Of a stretch of DNA of 64,000 nucleotides, positions 11,738 through 25,141 are shown in pieces. The DNA is from Lingula anatina (lineage: Eukaryota; Animalia; Brachiopoda), in NCBI GenBank assembly GCA_051362555.1, contig CM120640.1, positions 61,730,788-61,794,787 on the forward strand, read 5' to 3'. The stretch's first letter is position 1, and each line of letters begins with the position of its first letter. The position numbers were made by a program, and so were the translations under genes. Below the pieces are notes generated by a model. It worked only from the letters and a program-made list of their open reading frames with translations, was not told the DNA's origin and ran no database searches.

Positions 11738-14555
11738 TGCATGTAAAGCGTAATAAGGAAGTAATCCACACAATTTCCATTAACCAAATTTGCTGTTTCG
11801 ATTGGTCGTTCTGAAATTATCAAATTACTTCCTGATGCGGAAGAGACTTTTTTTCTGTTAATGTCATATTGAGTTAGGAAATAAAGGAAGTAGATGTTCA
11901 ACATACAGTATCATTTTTTTTTTACATTTCGTAATAGTTCCTGCATGTCTGAAAGATGTTTTTAGATGTAAATGTACGTTTTAATGGATACACTATTCCT
12001 GCCTTTGTTTTAAAATTATCAAAATGAATTTGAGCATGCTGGATTTTTAAGCAATTCTCTAATCATGTTTACCGTTGGATCAATTCACTTAATTGACTTT
12101 AACTACAGACTACTGGTGTCTGGTTATGGAAAACATGGCTGGCGGAAACCTGAAAACATTGCTGCAGGACATTAAAGATGGCGTGGAGTTGTCTGTAAAA
12201 CCTAAGAACGTGTCTCGTATTGTGGTGGACATTTTGGCAGCTATGAAACATTTAGAAGAGAAGAAGGTGAATTTCCTTGAATTAAATACGTTTTTATTTT
12301 GATATCTAAAATTTAATATTAATTAGGGCCCAGCACAAGAATTTTGTTCTGTGGAAAGAAAACACAATCTTTCTTTTTTTTCACCTCCTATCTTAACAAA
12401 AATAATGTAATGATTGTCATAAAAGTCGTTAATTATAAGTGTCATAAACGTACAATGACAACAAAAATGATTTTATGTGCTAATTGTTTTCAAACCCCTT
12501 CATTTACAGGTGGTGCATAGAGATTTAGCCGCACGGAATGTTTTATTGACTTCTGACCTGAGAGCAAAAATTGGAGACTTCGGACTGTCCCGAGACACCT
12601 ACCTGTGTGGCAACTACAGAATGGCTGACAGCCACGGAAAGGTTAGTTTTGCATTTCTTCTGGTTTTCAGTTTCACGAGTAAATGCAAATCACTTGCGTA
12701 ACATACCTGCACGATCCTTCATTTATACCTATAAAATTGATGTTCGATTAAAGACATTTGCACGAAGTCGTTCTCGAGTGAAAGAGAAAATGTTTGTATT
12801 ACACGTTGTTTGTATTTTTGTTTGTATTTTTGTGTTGGATTCCCTTTCCCTGCTTTGTGGGACCTTTTCTGTGTGTTTAAACTGAAACTTGTTTTTGCTT
12901 GTTAAGTTAAGAAGCAGGCAGTGAACTGAAACCTCAAGCTTCAGTTGCTGCAAGGAGTTATAACAGACTCCTTGGTTGCTGCTTCTCTCTATTATAAAGC
13001 CTAGCGCGTTTTGTTAAATGTATTTCGTATGAATTGCAGAGGTTGCCTTGGTATTGGATGGCCATTGAATCCATGGAGAAAGGAGAGTTTACATCAAAGA
13101 CAGACGTGTAAGGAGATTTAAGATCAGTGACTTCAACAAAGGAAAGTTTGGCGTAGTCAAACGACATTTTATGGCGACAACAATCCTCAGAGCTTAATTA
13201 CGCACATGTGCATTCTGCACATGCTCAATTGTGCCCTAGAGGGGTAATCTCCATTGAGGCACATGTTGCTACTTATACCATGGGGCATCACTGCCTGGCC
13301 TCATTCTGCTACTGTAGATTACGTATATAACGTAATTATGAAACATGTAATTTCATTTACGCTCATAAGCCTGATATCACATAAGTGTGATAATAGGTCT
13401 AGATATATATTTCATGTATGTATAACACAAGTAGTTTAGAGGGCCTGTAAAATGTACTGAAACATTTTAGTGCTCAATAAATTATAATTATTATTTTTAT
13501 TATTATTATTATTATAAAATCATGTTTTACTCTTTCAGGTATAGCATGTTTATAGAGTGCATAGGCCTAATTCATGCTGTTTGTTTTTTCAGTTGGGCCT
13601 TTGGTGTCCTGCTGTGGGAGATTGGCGCGCTAGGATCTCTGCCATATCCAGGAGTTGATCCGGTGGACCTACTTGGTCTGTTAAATAAGGGATACCGGAT
13701 GCAAAAACCAATTTCCTCTTCAAACGTAAGCTTTCATAGAATTAAAGTCATGTTCTGCGTATGTTGAACTGTTACATTAATACTAAATGTATTTTCACCA
13801 ATTTTTCCCAAAATTTAAAACTTATATTAAATCAGATAAACTATAAATTTAACATTGTACACTATCTATAACACTGTCATTGTCATAAGGAAAAAACGAT
13901 AATTTCTTCTGAGGTACGGGTTATCATAGTACAAGTGTTACGGCATTAAATTCAAAATTGCCAGATTTTATACTCTGATATGTATTTCATAAGTGATTGA
14001 AATAGGTTTTTCATTGTTCACTTACCTGCCCGTGCTATTTTTGTCTACAGGAATGGTTCGCAATCATGTTGGAATGCTGGGAAAAAAATCCGGACGGAAG
14101 ACCAACATTTAGCAGCCTTTATCATCATTTCAAAGAAATGCACACATCCAAAAGAGTAAGCTTGCTATATACAAACTTATATATATATATATATAATGGT
14201 TTTAAATATTCAAATGAACACCAGTCATTTTTATCGTCTTTAAAGTATTTTGTTTTGAGCTTGTTATATATTAAAAAATTCTAAAAAGAGAGCATTAACA
14301 TACGACGTGTCCTGGTTAAACTGTATGCAAGAATTCGGGAGAAATTTCGGTTGTCACCCACAATTAACATAGGTGCATAGAGCCACAGCAAAGTGTGCAT
14401 TGGATAAATAACCATCAACGGTATTAAAATTTATTCTTCTTTTTTAGGGATTTCCGCATCTCACTGCGAGTTCCCCGCAACAGGTTGAAGATTCGTACCT
14501 TACCCTTTTGCCAGCTTCACCAGGCTCCAACATAGGGGAATCACACGAAGTTTGA
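5699..14555 (+). CDS. Tie-like receptor tyrosine kinase, copy 1. Exons 5699-5872, 8143-8221, 8502-8810, 8985-9116, 9382-9559, 9772-9884, 10157-10386, 10800-10992, 11367-11489, 12109-12266, 12510-12641, 13040-13107, 13593-13725, 14051-14155, 14448-14555
   Basis: Hydrophobic signal peptide; EGF exon [44 protein letters not shown] with Tie EGF1-like Cys spacing; [27 protein letters not shown]; kinase motifs [53 protein letters not shown]...P..RPTF; exon phases compatible throughout. Confidence 0.92.
11670..11732. repeat. (TA)n microsatellite
   Basis: Direct reading. Confidence 0.95.
13143..13260. repeat. Dispersed repeat fragment, also at about 18498-18570 (direct) and 18655-18740 (inverted)
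   Basis: CGTAGTCAAACG.CATTTTATGG.GACAACAATC and GCATTCTGCACATGCTCAATT shared. Confidence 0.7.
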
Positions 14556-15547
14556 TGTAATGCGACTGCTATAATAAAATAGCATCCTGAAAAATGCAAA
14601 ATAATGCAAAAGGACTGTAAATAATGAATTTTTCTTATGTAAAAAGTAAACGTTTTTATGGCAATGATTGAATCAATGATAAAAAGATGTAAAATGATGT
14701 ATAACAATACATACTTCAATGTTCAAATACCCATGAGAAAATGTATCCAACAGTTATCAATATTTTGGATGATATGTACATAAATAGGTAGGCACAATAC
14801 AAAAAATACCCGGTGACGTCACTTGTATGCATGTGGTTTTCTTATAAGATAAAACTGAATTATCAGTAACCTTGTTTAGTTTGTAAAGTGCCATATTCGT
14901 TTTGCTTATATTACGTTCCACTAACACTGCCACTGTGGTCCCTTTATTTGCTTGTGGACGGAGGGGGTAGAGATGGGGCGGAAAGAAAGGTTATAAAGAT
15001 AACATACATTTGTTCACTATTGTTGAGATTTGTTTATTGAGAAATAATTAGGATCAATGAAGTAAGTCAATCTGAAGTCATTTTGCATTGAGCACATATG
15101 AGAGTGTGACCTGTTGAACGCACTTAACACAATCCCCGTCGTAGGGCCTACACTTTGTCATCAGACTGTTTACAATATGCATTCAATCCGGTTTCATATT
15201 GCTAACCATTTAGTATAATTATTGACATAGTATGATTATAATTTAACATAATTATTATTTAATAAATTATGTTGAAGATCCAGTTAGGTGGCGATACAAG
15301 ACATTTTGGACAAAAATGGGCTGTTTCTATTAGAGAAAAGTACATCTTTAGAGAAAACTACATTCTCAGCGTAGTGACTTTAGCTAACGGCACACTCGGT
15401 CGTCACCTTGATTGGTTGTTTAACTAGTGTTTTAGAATCGCCATAGAATTAATTAACCGTGGATAAACCTAAAATCTACATAAAATTACTTTAGACTTCC
15501 ATACTAATCTACCATGAAAACCTTCTTTTGTTGTCTCTTTGGTGGTT

Positions 15548-15661
15548 TATAGGGATTTAACGACATTCGATTCAAATGCTTAACCAAAATTGATGTTACT
15601 ATTTTATAGGGATTTAACGACGTTCGATTCAAATGCTTAACCAAAATTGATGTTACTATTT
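15548..15661. repeat. Tandem duplication of a ~57-bp unit
   Basis: TATAGGGATTTAACGAC(A/G)TTCGATTCAAATGCTTAACCAAAATTGATGTTACTATTT present twice. Confidence 0.9.
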
Positions 15662-15899
15662 TATTATTTCTATTTATCATTATTATTTTTGCGTTATGGT
15701 AGACTGGCGATTTCACGACACTCGTTTAGTAGCCAATCAAGGTGGCAGTCTAGCCTCTATGTATATTGTGCCAGTTTTGCTTACTACAGGGCGAAAACGA
15801 AATTATTGTTGAACACATCCGAGATCGTTGCACTAGGTGTGAATTACCTTTTCATTGGGATGACTTACGTAGTGCCCATGAATATCGTTCATGCGACAC

Positions 15900-16083
15900 C
15901 GATGAAAATTGTTTTCTAACAACTAACAATTTTTATTTCCTCTCAACTTAACCCGCTTAGATGTGTCTAACGTCAACGTTCACGTTGCACAACGTCTCCC
16001 GCGCGTGCCGTCACTTCACACCGTCAGCGACACATTTGATTTCAACCAATAACATCCAGACTTAAATCATCGGTAGGTAACAG
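15900..16083 (+). promoter_or_regulatory. Conserved non-coding block upstream of RTK copy 2; putative promoter or 5' UTR exon, with paralogues at about 16720-16880 and 27530-27715
   Basis: TGTTTTCTAACA..ATTTCCTCTCAACTT..CCGCGCGTGCCGTCA..CACACCGTCAGCGACAC; copies at 16075 and 27706 end in GTAG|GTAACA, a donor-like site. Confidence 0.5.
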
Positions 16084-17115
16084 ACGATAGATAACTCAGT
16101 CTTGCATTTACTGTGATAGACTTTAAACAAAATACGGTTCTCGACCTTGTAACCTAAGATCTAATATATCCGTTTATTACATCTTAGTTGTAACGAATGA
16201 CTAAAGAGGAGTATTTTTAAAAGAAATAAAACGGGCCATGGGTTGTGTAATTGATTAAATCCGAATGCGTCTAAGTTACACAGAAGTGAAAGCAAACAGA
16301 ATGTTCACAGACCTGTCACGGAAGCCTGCCGATACGTTGAGTCCAACAAACACAATCTCCGTCCAGTATCATTATTTCACTGGGTTTTTAATTCCTATTG
16401 CAAACCATTCAAATCAGCCTTTCTGCAAACCCACATAATTACTTTGTATGTAACGATTTACCATAAAAATTTTGTCTCGCTATTTTAGTACTCTCATCAA
16501 TCATTGCAGATCAACATCTTCATTAAATTTCGTAAATGATATTACTTATATATAGTAAGCATTAATAAAAGGGCCCTTAACAGGCCAAATATCAATCAGT
16601 CTAGAGAAGTTATTTCGTCAATACATTCTTATACTATAGAATGCATCTTAAGAGAAGACAATAAGGTAGTAATATTTGCTAAGGGCTTTATGCCTATCGT
16701 GTGCTTATGCTCATGAGATACCGAGAACTGTTTTCTAACAGCCAACATCATTTATTTCCTCTCAACTTTACGCTCTTCAGCTGCCAACGTTCACTTTGCA
16801 CAACATCGTCCGCGCGTGCCGTCTACTCACACCGTCATTGACACAGCTGATATCAACAGATAAAATACCAGACTTCGATACATTGCAAAAGAGCCCTGGA
16901 TTTTATAAGTGGTTTTATCTTCTTATTTTAATCTTCCTATCTTAATTTATTATCTATCGAATGCTTCTTTATACGGAAGTGACAGTAAGCAGAATGATAA
17001 AGCATGGCTTATCAAGGACCTGCCACGAGCACCTGTCTACATGTATTTAAAGGGACGTTTTACATGATACTTTTTAGAGTTGTCTTCCGTCTTGTACTGA
17101 CTTATCAACAATCTT

Positions 17116-18167
17116 ATGAACATGGAAAGTTGTCGGGGTGCCAAAGGCCTGTTGTTGCTGACGATTGTTACAGGTTTAGTCCTCACGACTTTTGCTGTAA
17201 GAGGAGAAGAATTTTCTTCTTTTTTTGACTCACCATCGGCAGTGTGTGCCGTCAGACCCGGTGGTAATTTTAGTGCGACTGAGAACCAGGTGGGTAGAAT
17301 GATATATTGTACACTTTGCTGTCAGGGGCATGGATCTACGGACTTTTTTGACAGTCTTTAAAATCCCGACCCAGTGATATACATCTATTTATCGTGATCA
17401 TCATTATTATTATAATAATACCTGTTATTATAATTATCAATATTATATAATTTAATAATATACATAGAAGAAATTAAAAAGGATGAATCCCACAAAACAG
17501 GATTGTAACCCTTGATGAAGGCTTGTCGCGCCGCCCACAGGAGATAATTGCAGTGCGGTAGTCAAACACGCTGTTAGACACGTGACATTTAACGAGCACA
17601 CCCTAATGGTAATTGTGTGTAAATTTGGTGATATTTGGCGGTGTCTTTTTAGTTTAACAGACATTTCTATCCCTCTGTGAAACCACAGTGAAACACCGGA
17701 TTTGAGGGGGTGCATACTTTCAATTTGAATTAATGTTATAAAATATAGATAGGGGAGACCGGGGCTAATTGGACCCCGGGGTAAGTTGCCCCCCCCCCAT
17801 CAATTTATGACAAAGTAAGTATGGGGTAAAAGAATTGATCACATCATTTTGTAAAGTGACCGTGCTAAGAAAGCGTCGGCAGTGAGTCCAAATGAAATAA
17901 TTTAGCATCTTAAAGTAACTATATGAACGATTAATCATGTAAGGTATGGTATCTGGAATAAAAAGCATTGTTGAGAACAATTTGCACCAGTGACGTGATC
18001 ATTTGTAAATAAAAGCACATGGAATTGGGGGTGGGAGAACGTTTTTTACCAATGTTGTACAGTATGCTTACTGTTATGACTTTTAGATTGATTTATTCAA
18101 GTTACAGAGTGGTTACGGCTGTTGAAAGTCGCAAAATTCGAACTACACGTAAACGGTTTTAATATAT

Positions 18168-18215
<48 letters not shown>

Positions 18216-21200
18216 GTTACGGGAGTCATTATGATAATAAAGAGAACTATTTTTATTCCGTAACATGTAGACAAACAAAGTTCTGGGGTTGTTACATGTA
18301 CAAGTCTGTTATTCTCAAGCATAGACGTATAAAAATGAATGGAGGATTCAATGCGGACTTTGAAACAACAGTTTTGTTTGAACTTCTTTTAAGTGGCATT
18401 AAATGATTAATGAATTGACTTTAAATGAAAAGAACATGAAATTGACAACATGTCACATATAACCTTTTGTGCATGTGTCAGTCATCAACATAAGAGAAGT
18501 TTGTCGTAGTCAAACGGCATTTTATGGTGACAACAATCTCTGCACACCTGAGGGGTCGCCTCAATGATAACGTCTTGCTTTATCGTATCGTGCGCGAGTC
18601 AATTGAGCTCACAATGGGATCAGCAGTGATGCCCCCTGATAAAAGTAGAAATTGCCCCAATTGAGACTACCCCTCTCTTGGAGAATTGAGCATGTGCAGA
18701 ATGCGCATGTGCTTAAATAAGCTCTGAAGATTGTTGTCGCTGTGTCCCACAAACTTTCATAGTCCCATTCGCAACAAGAAAAAAGGCAACAAAGAATATC
18801 AATTGTTCGAAATTTGGCCAAACAAGGCCGCTTTTATTATTTAAACCCACTATTCTAATCATTTTAACGATGTAATAAATTGTTGCCTATATTATATGTT
18901 ATGGTCTTAGGGATAATAAACATATTTCAAATTATAATGCAAAAGTTCTTATCTACAACAATTTTTCACAAATTTCGTTTGTGGGCTTGCAAAGAGGCCA
19001 TAACCTTGTCTTAACAGCCCAAGCCCACTGGGCAAAGAAGACCCTACATAAGATATATGAGCGACTACTCATCTTCCAGGAAACATTGAACTTTACTTGG
19101 ACCGATCTTCCCGGCTACAGTATCACGGTCAAAGAATGGGTCGCCATCAAACAAAATTGTAAGGACTTACCTCTTGGTCATTTGCATAGCGTCTTTAAAA
19201 TAAGTACCACCATGAAGTTTGTCTCAATTAACACAATTTCTATATACACTTACCAGACGTTATGAATATCTGCAAACTATTTAAAAGTAGGGGGTAACGG
19301 AGCTAAAGACTCCAGCCCCATCACAGCTGCGTAGAGATAGGCCTACCAGTATTGTTTTTTCAATTTAGATTTAATTAAATTTTTTTAAATAAACTTTCTT
19401 GCGATACAATGAGAGGTAAACGGTGTATTATTTCATTATTTATATATTTCAGGCTCTATGACCGTATACGTACAAGTTGATCAATTTATCCCAGTTGACC
19501 CAGGTTTGTTTGAAACAGTCTGTAATTACACTTCCCCAAGTCATCCAGGTCATCTTGCGCTTCCATTTAAACTATTAAAGGGAAGCTCAGTTAGCCCACC
19601 TCAGAATGCGTCGAACTATCCGTTCCCTGTGAGTTTGTGGGGGTCAAGAAACGCGATCTTTGAAATAACAGTTCCCGTTTTTGGAGTCAACACATTCGTG
19701 GACTGCCCCGTCAAATTAGGATTTACAGCTTTGAGGGGAGCATTTAAGACTCATGTTCTAGGTGAGTTAATATTCGAAATTTAAAAACTCATGTCAGATG
19801 AATGCTCCAGTGGGTGGAATATGCACATTTGATGCGTATACTTATCTTATTTTTTGATAAAGTGTGACATTTTATTAATAAGAATTTTTTCCCCTTGAAA
19901 AACCGTTTTTATTTTTATATTCTCTATAACTTCCTGTCAAACACCATGTGGATATAAGCATACGGTATATTCTAAATAAGATTTACTTTGTTAATTTAGT
20001 TGTTGCTATAACACGATTGCCTGATATGAATTGCTCACAATGAATAAAGAAAACTTAATAGGTAAAAATACACTTAATATGATAAACTTTCAATATAAAT
20101 AGGGTGTCCTGAGAACAAATACGGAAGATACTGCAACAAGAATTGTCCTCGGTGCAGTATCGGTGGTTATTGTCATACATTCTACGGAGGTTGTGTGTGT
20201 CTCAAGGGATGGAGTGGCGCAACATGTGACAGAGGTCTATTCATTTTCCATTGTAGCCTATTGTTTATTTCCATTTTTTAAAAATTTTTAGTGGATGGAT
20301 CTTGTAAAGAAAAATATTTATGTTCTTTATTGCATTGCATTCTAAATTATTATATTCTATCACTTTTTCTACTTTACATGACAGTGCAACTTTATTTGCT
20401 TTTTGATAAATGCTGACAATACTTTTTAATAAGATCCAACAACTTTCCTTGAGAAATGAAATTGGCTAATTTTACTTTCACAGCAAGTATTTATTTTTTG
20501 AATTCAGTGACGCCAATGTTAGAGGTCACATCGTCGGCAAACGGTGCTGTTAAACAGAAGGAACGCATCCAATTTAATTGTAACATTTTCCCATCTTCTC
20601 TTGAGACTAATACAACCATTAGGTGGTTGATGAATAGTCAAAACATGTCTGATGATGCATTCGTTATCCACAAAACGGGTAACAGGTACGGCTTGCTTTA
20701 ATATTGTAACATTTTTAGTTTGTACATTTTTCAATATTGATGAGCTTTAGTGCTCATTATCAAATTGTCAAACTACTTCGTAGACATTTGAAAAATATAT
20801 AGTTTGAATACGCTTTAGTTAGGATATCATTTGGATTTTATTTCCAGGTCTATAATTTTCCCAAAGGGAATACACACAACAGGAGATCAGAATGTCACAT
20901 GCATTGCTTCAACCACTTCTGGACAGATACTGTCTACAACATACGTCGTTTACGTGGAAGGTGAGTATTTTATATTTTTATGCCCCTATATATATGCCCG
21001 GTCAGTATTACCTTAGAAATGATGTAGGTTCCATGAAATTCAACAGGCTATATTATAGTGTGTAATCAGTAGTTTAATAACCATGCAGACATAGGGTATT
21101 TGCTTAACCGACAGGTCATGATCGCCAAAAATGCCATAGAAACTGCAAACTTTTTCGTATTTGTGATATTTAATTAGATTTGGTTGTGCTTTTATTGCTT

Positions 21201-22442
21201 TATTTCGTACAATAGGACACGAGACAACAACTGAAGCAAACACAGTGTTGCCAACGAGTGATGATGTCGCGACAAATGATGGTGTTGTGCCGGCAGAGCC
21301 AGAAGGTGGCACTAGTACTGGCCAGGAAGAGCCAAATTATGGAGTTCGTCAGCAGAACAACGACGTACCGGTACTGATCACATTTGCGATGATTGCATTG
21401 GCCGTACTTATTGTCGCTGCCATCATCACTACTATTGTCGTAACTCACAAGATGCGTGGTTCGACAAAAAGAATATTCACGCCATCAGATATGTATGCTG
21501 AATACCACACATACCTACAGGTATTGAATCTAAGATAATTTTGAATGTTCTACTTGGGACAATGATAGATGCAATAGCGTCTTTTGCGCCTCATTTTAGT
21601 ACATCAAAGGGTTTATTCTAACTGAAGAGTTGACTGACATATAAAAAGTACGTTTCAAGCATCTTTATAATACACTTGAGAATTAGACCCTTTCCATTGG
21701 AGTTCAAACAATTTTTTTAATGTGCAAAATAAAAATGATAATAAAAACAACAATAATTATAATATTGTGAAAGAATTAATGAGTGGGGAGGGGAGAGAAA
21801 AAGAAAAAAAACACGGGAAAGAACAAAAAGGAAACGGGGATATACTACTAATTTTTATCGATCTTTTTTAATTTTCTCAAATTTACAGAACCTTATTTTC
21901 TCTGGTGATGAAGATGCGTCTATCTTAGATAATCAAGAGTACCTTCTGCAGAAATGGCAAGTGCCAAACAACGAACTATTTGTGGGTGAAATACTAGGCG
22001 AAGGGGAATTCTCCCAAGTATTCAATGGCCACATACAATGGAAACAGACACAGATGCTGTATGTGGCTGTAAAAATGCTGAAAGGTACGTTTTTAAGACA
22101 GATACATGACTGCCTTTTTTGATAATCTTCCTCCTCTGTAATAACACGACAGGAAGGACAATCGTACAATCGCGATTTCATGCAAAGGTTCAAACATGCA
22201 GAAATGGTGTTCAATACTCAGTGTTTGTTAACACCTAGGGAAGAAGAACGTGTTAAAATATTCTCAGTTTTTTAAATATGAATGATTATCAGGATAGAAC
22301 AAACTGCGGTTATAACAAGTTATCAATACCGTGCTTATTGCACCATTCTGACATTTTTTCCCAAACGAGCACCGAGTTTCCATTCTCAAAAAGCAATTTC
22401 ATCCAGTCAGTTGCCTCTCTCTTTCTCTCTCCCTCTCTCTAA

Positions 22443-22482
<40 letters not shown>

Positions 22483-25081
22483 TGTTCATGGGGTAGTTAA
22501 AATTGCTCCCGTTGAGAAGTTGTAATTTAAGGTTATTGTAACCCTTTATTATCATCCAAGTACCGAAAAAGAGTTTTTTCCTGCATCTAATTATTCAATA
22601 ATGCATCTTTTTTGTGCTAATTTAAATGATTGAAAAAGCCCTCGAAAATATAAAATATTGGTGTTTATATTTTTTCGCTGTGCAATATATAAGCATAGGC
22701 AACTCAAAGCTTTAATCGTCAATTTAACACCTTTCTATTTTGAGGTGAGACAGTAATCGGTATAGGCCGTAGCTTCATCCCTCAACAAGCTTTTATCACG
22801 AAAAGTGGCAGAGTTGTCCAGGAGAGTATAGATTACAATCCCGTGTCGTCATTTTGGTTTAAACGTATTTGTTATGGAGTTATGAGCCCCTAATTACAGA
22901 TTTTCATAAAACAAAGGCATATTTTGGTTTATCATCGCTAAAATCTGAACTAAGACTTTTAAGAAAAATTGCTGGCAGGGATTTGGAGTACTAAATAGTG
23001 TCATTAAATCGGCGTTGAAACGATGATCGTTGGTGCTCAGTTAAAAGAGAAATTTGAGAAACCGATTTTTCAGTTTTTACCCAAAAATCGAGATTATTAC
23101 GTCACCCGTAAGATGGCGTATATGTCACTGAACACTGAAGATTTATCTATTACCCAAAAGAGTGAATATCCCTAAGTTAGTCAATTAACTGATAAGTCAT
23201 ACTTTTAGATAGTAAATGGCATGTGATTGATAAGAATTAATTGTGTATAATAGAAGTAGGATTACTTAAGATACGGTGCACTGTTTTCATCTGTTAACCT
23301 AACTGTAATACTCCTCAACAGGGAAGCTGTAGTTCAGATAACAGGCTCATATCTAGAAAATGGAAATATTTCAGCCTTACAAAGTCCAACAATTCTTTCG
23401 TCAATCTTTTGATAAGCGTTGCTTCGTATCATATCAAACTTTATTTCTCCCCTGGACAGTATTTGCCTATTTGTAATGGAAAGAGGAAAGTTTTTAGTAT
23501 GAAACATAAGAAAACTACCAAAGATGTGCCTAGTAAAAACGTGTTTCACACACAGGTAACGCTTTCAAAGTTACATAATGAACATTTAAATTTAAAAATA
23601 AATTCAATACCTTCATTCTTTTAAGAATAACCAAGGTTTAACAAACATGAACAGATGAAACTGTTCCTTAAACCTATGTCATAATGTCTATTCTTGTCCA
23701 TAAACGTTTTCCGTACACTTGTCTGTGGGCTCCTCTTGAATGCAAACGAATATTTTCCCCTATAGATCCTAAGAACCTGCAGTCACAGAAGGATTTGCTG
23801 GCGGAGTTCCAAACCCTCTCCGAACTCTGTCCCCACCCAAATGTGGTGCAGCTCATAGGCGTGTGCAACAGGAGGTTTGGAAACGATGGTAAGCTACTTC
23901 AGTTTATTAAGAAAAAAAAAACAAAGTGATCATATTTTTCATATATATACATATATATATTCTAACATATGAGGCACAAGGCAGTACATAATACGCATGT
24001 GGTCTCATTTATGCTAGTTTCTGTTTTCTTGTCTTTGTTTTAAAATCATCAAAACAATGTCGAGCATGCTGGGTTATAAAGCTTACCCTGCTTACCGTTG
24101 CATCAATTCACTCAATTGACTTTAACTATAGACTACCGGTGTCTGGTTATGGAAAACATGGCTGGCGGTAACCTGAAAACATTGCTGCAGGACATTAAAG
24201 ATGGCAGGGAGTTGTCTGTAAAACCTAAGAACGTGTCTCGTATTGTGGTGGACATTTTGGCAGCTATGAAACATTTAGAGGAGAAAAAGGTAAATTTCAT
24301 TGAATTAAATGCATTCTTATTTTAATATTTAAAATGGATGTTAATTAGGGTCCAGGACAAGAATTTGGTTCCTTGAAAAGAAAACACGATCTGTATTTTT
24401 TACCTATCTTAAAACAAACAAATATGACTAAGAGAGAGAGAGTTTTAAGTGTCAAAAACTTACAATGTCTGAAAAAATGAGTTTACATTAAACTATATAT
24501 ATATTTTTAAAACCTTCATTTACAGGTGGTGCATAGAGATTTAGCCGCGCGAAATGTTTTATTGACCTCTGACCTGAGAGCAAAAATTGGAGACTTCGGA
24601 CTGTCCCGAGACACCTACCTCTGTGGCAACTACAGAATGGCTGACAGCCACGGAAAGGTTACTTTTACTTTTCTTCTGCATTGATTTACAGTTTCACGAG
24701 TAAATGGAAAGCGCTTGCGTAATATAACTGCACGATCTTTTATTTATAAATATAAAGTTGTTGTTCATTTAAAAATAATTTCACTCTCGAGCAAAAGAGA
24801 AGAATGTTTTTATCACACATATTTTTTTCATAGCTGTTTATCTTTTGTTTTATGTGCATTTTAGAATGTAATTTATCTGTAATGTAAAGTAATTTTAGAA
24901 TGTATGGGAAAAGGTACATTCTGCTTTTTCTCCAACTTACAACTAGCGGCAGTCCGTATTACAGGTTAAGGATGAATCTGTGCCACATCGAATCATATAA
25001 TCAAACGTTGTGCCGTTTTATATTCTAAACAAGCATTTTGAATTTTTTTAGTTGGATTTTCCTTCCCTGTTTTCCGGGACC

Positions 25082-25141
<60 letters not shown>

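Noticed and set aside
14490-14555. ITIM or PDZ motif in the RTK tails
   Set aside because: DSYLTL, NSYLTI and AAYLSM lack the ITIM -2 residue, and the termini SHEV and PNIV are not class I PDZ ligands; more like a generic post-kinase docking tyrosine
17750-17800. GGGGAGACCGGGGCTAATTGG, a transposon-end-like sequence
   Set aside because: No matching second terminus found, so no element could be delimited
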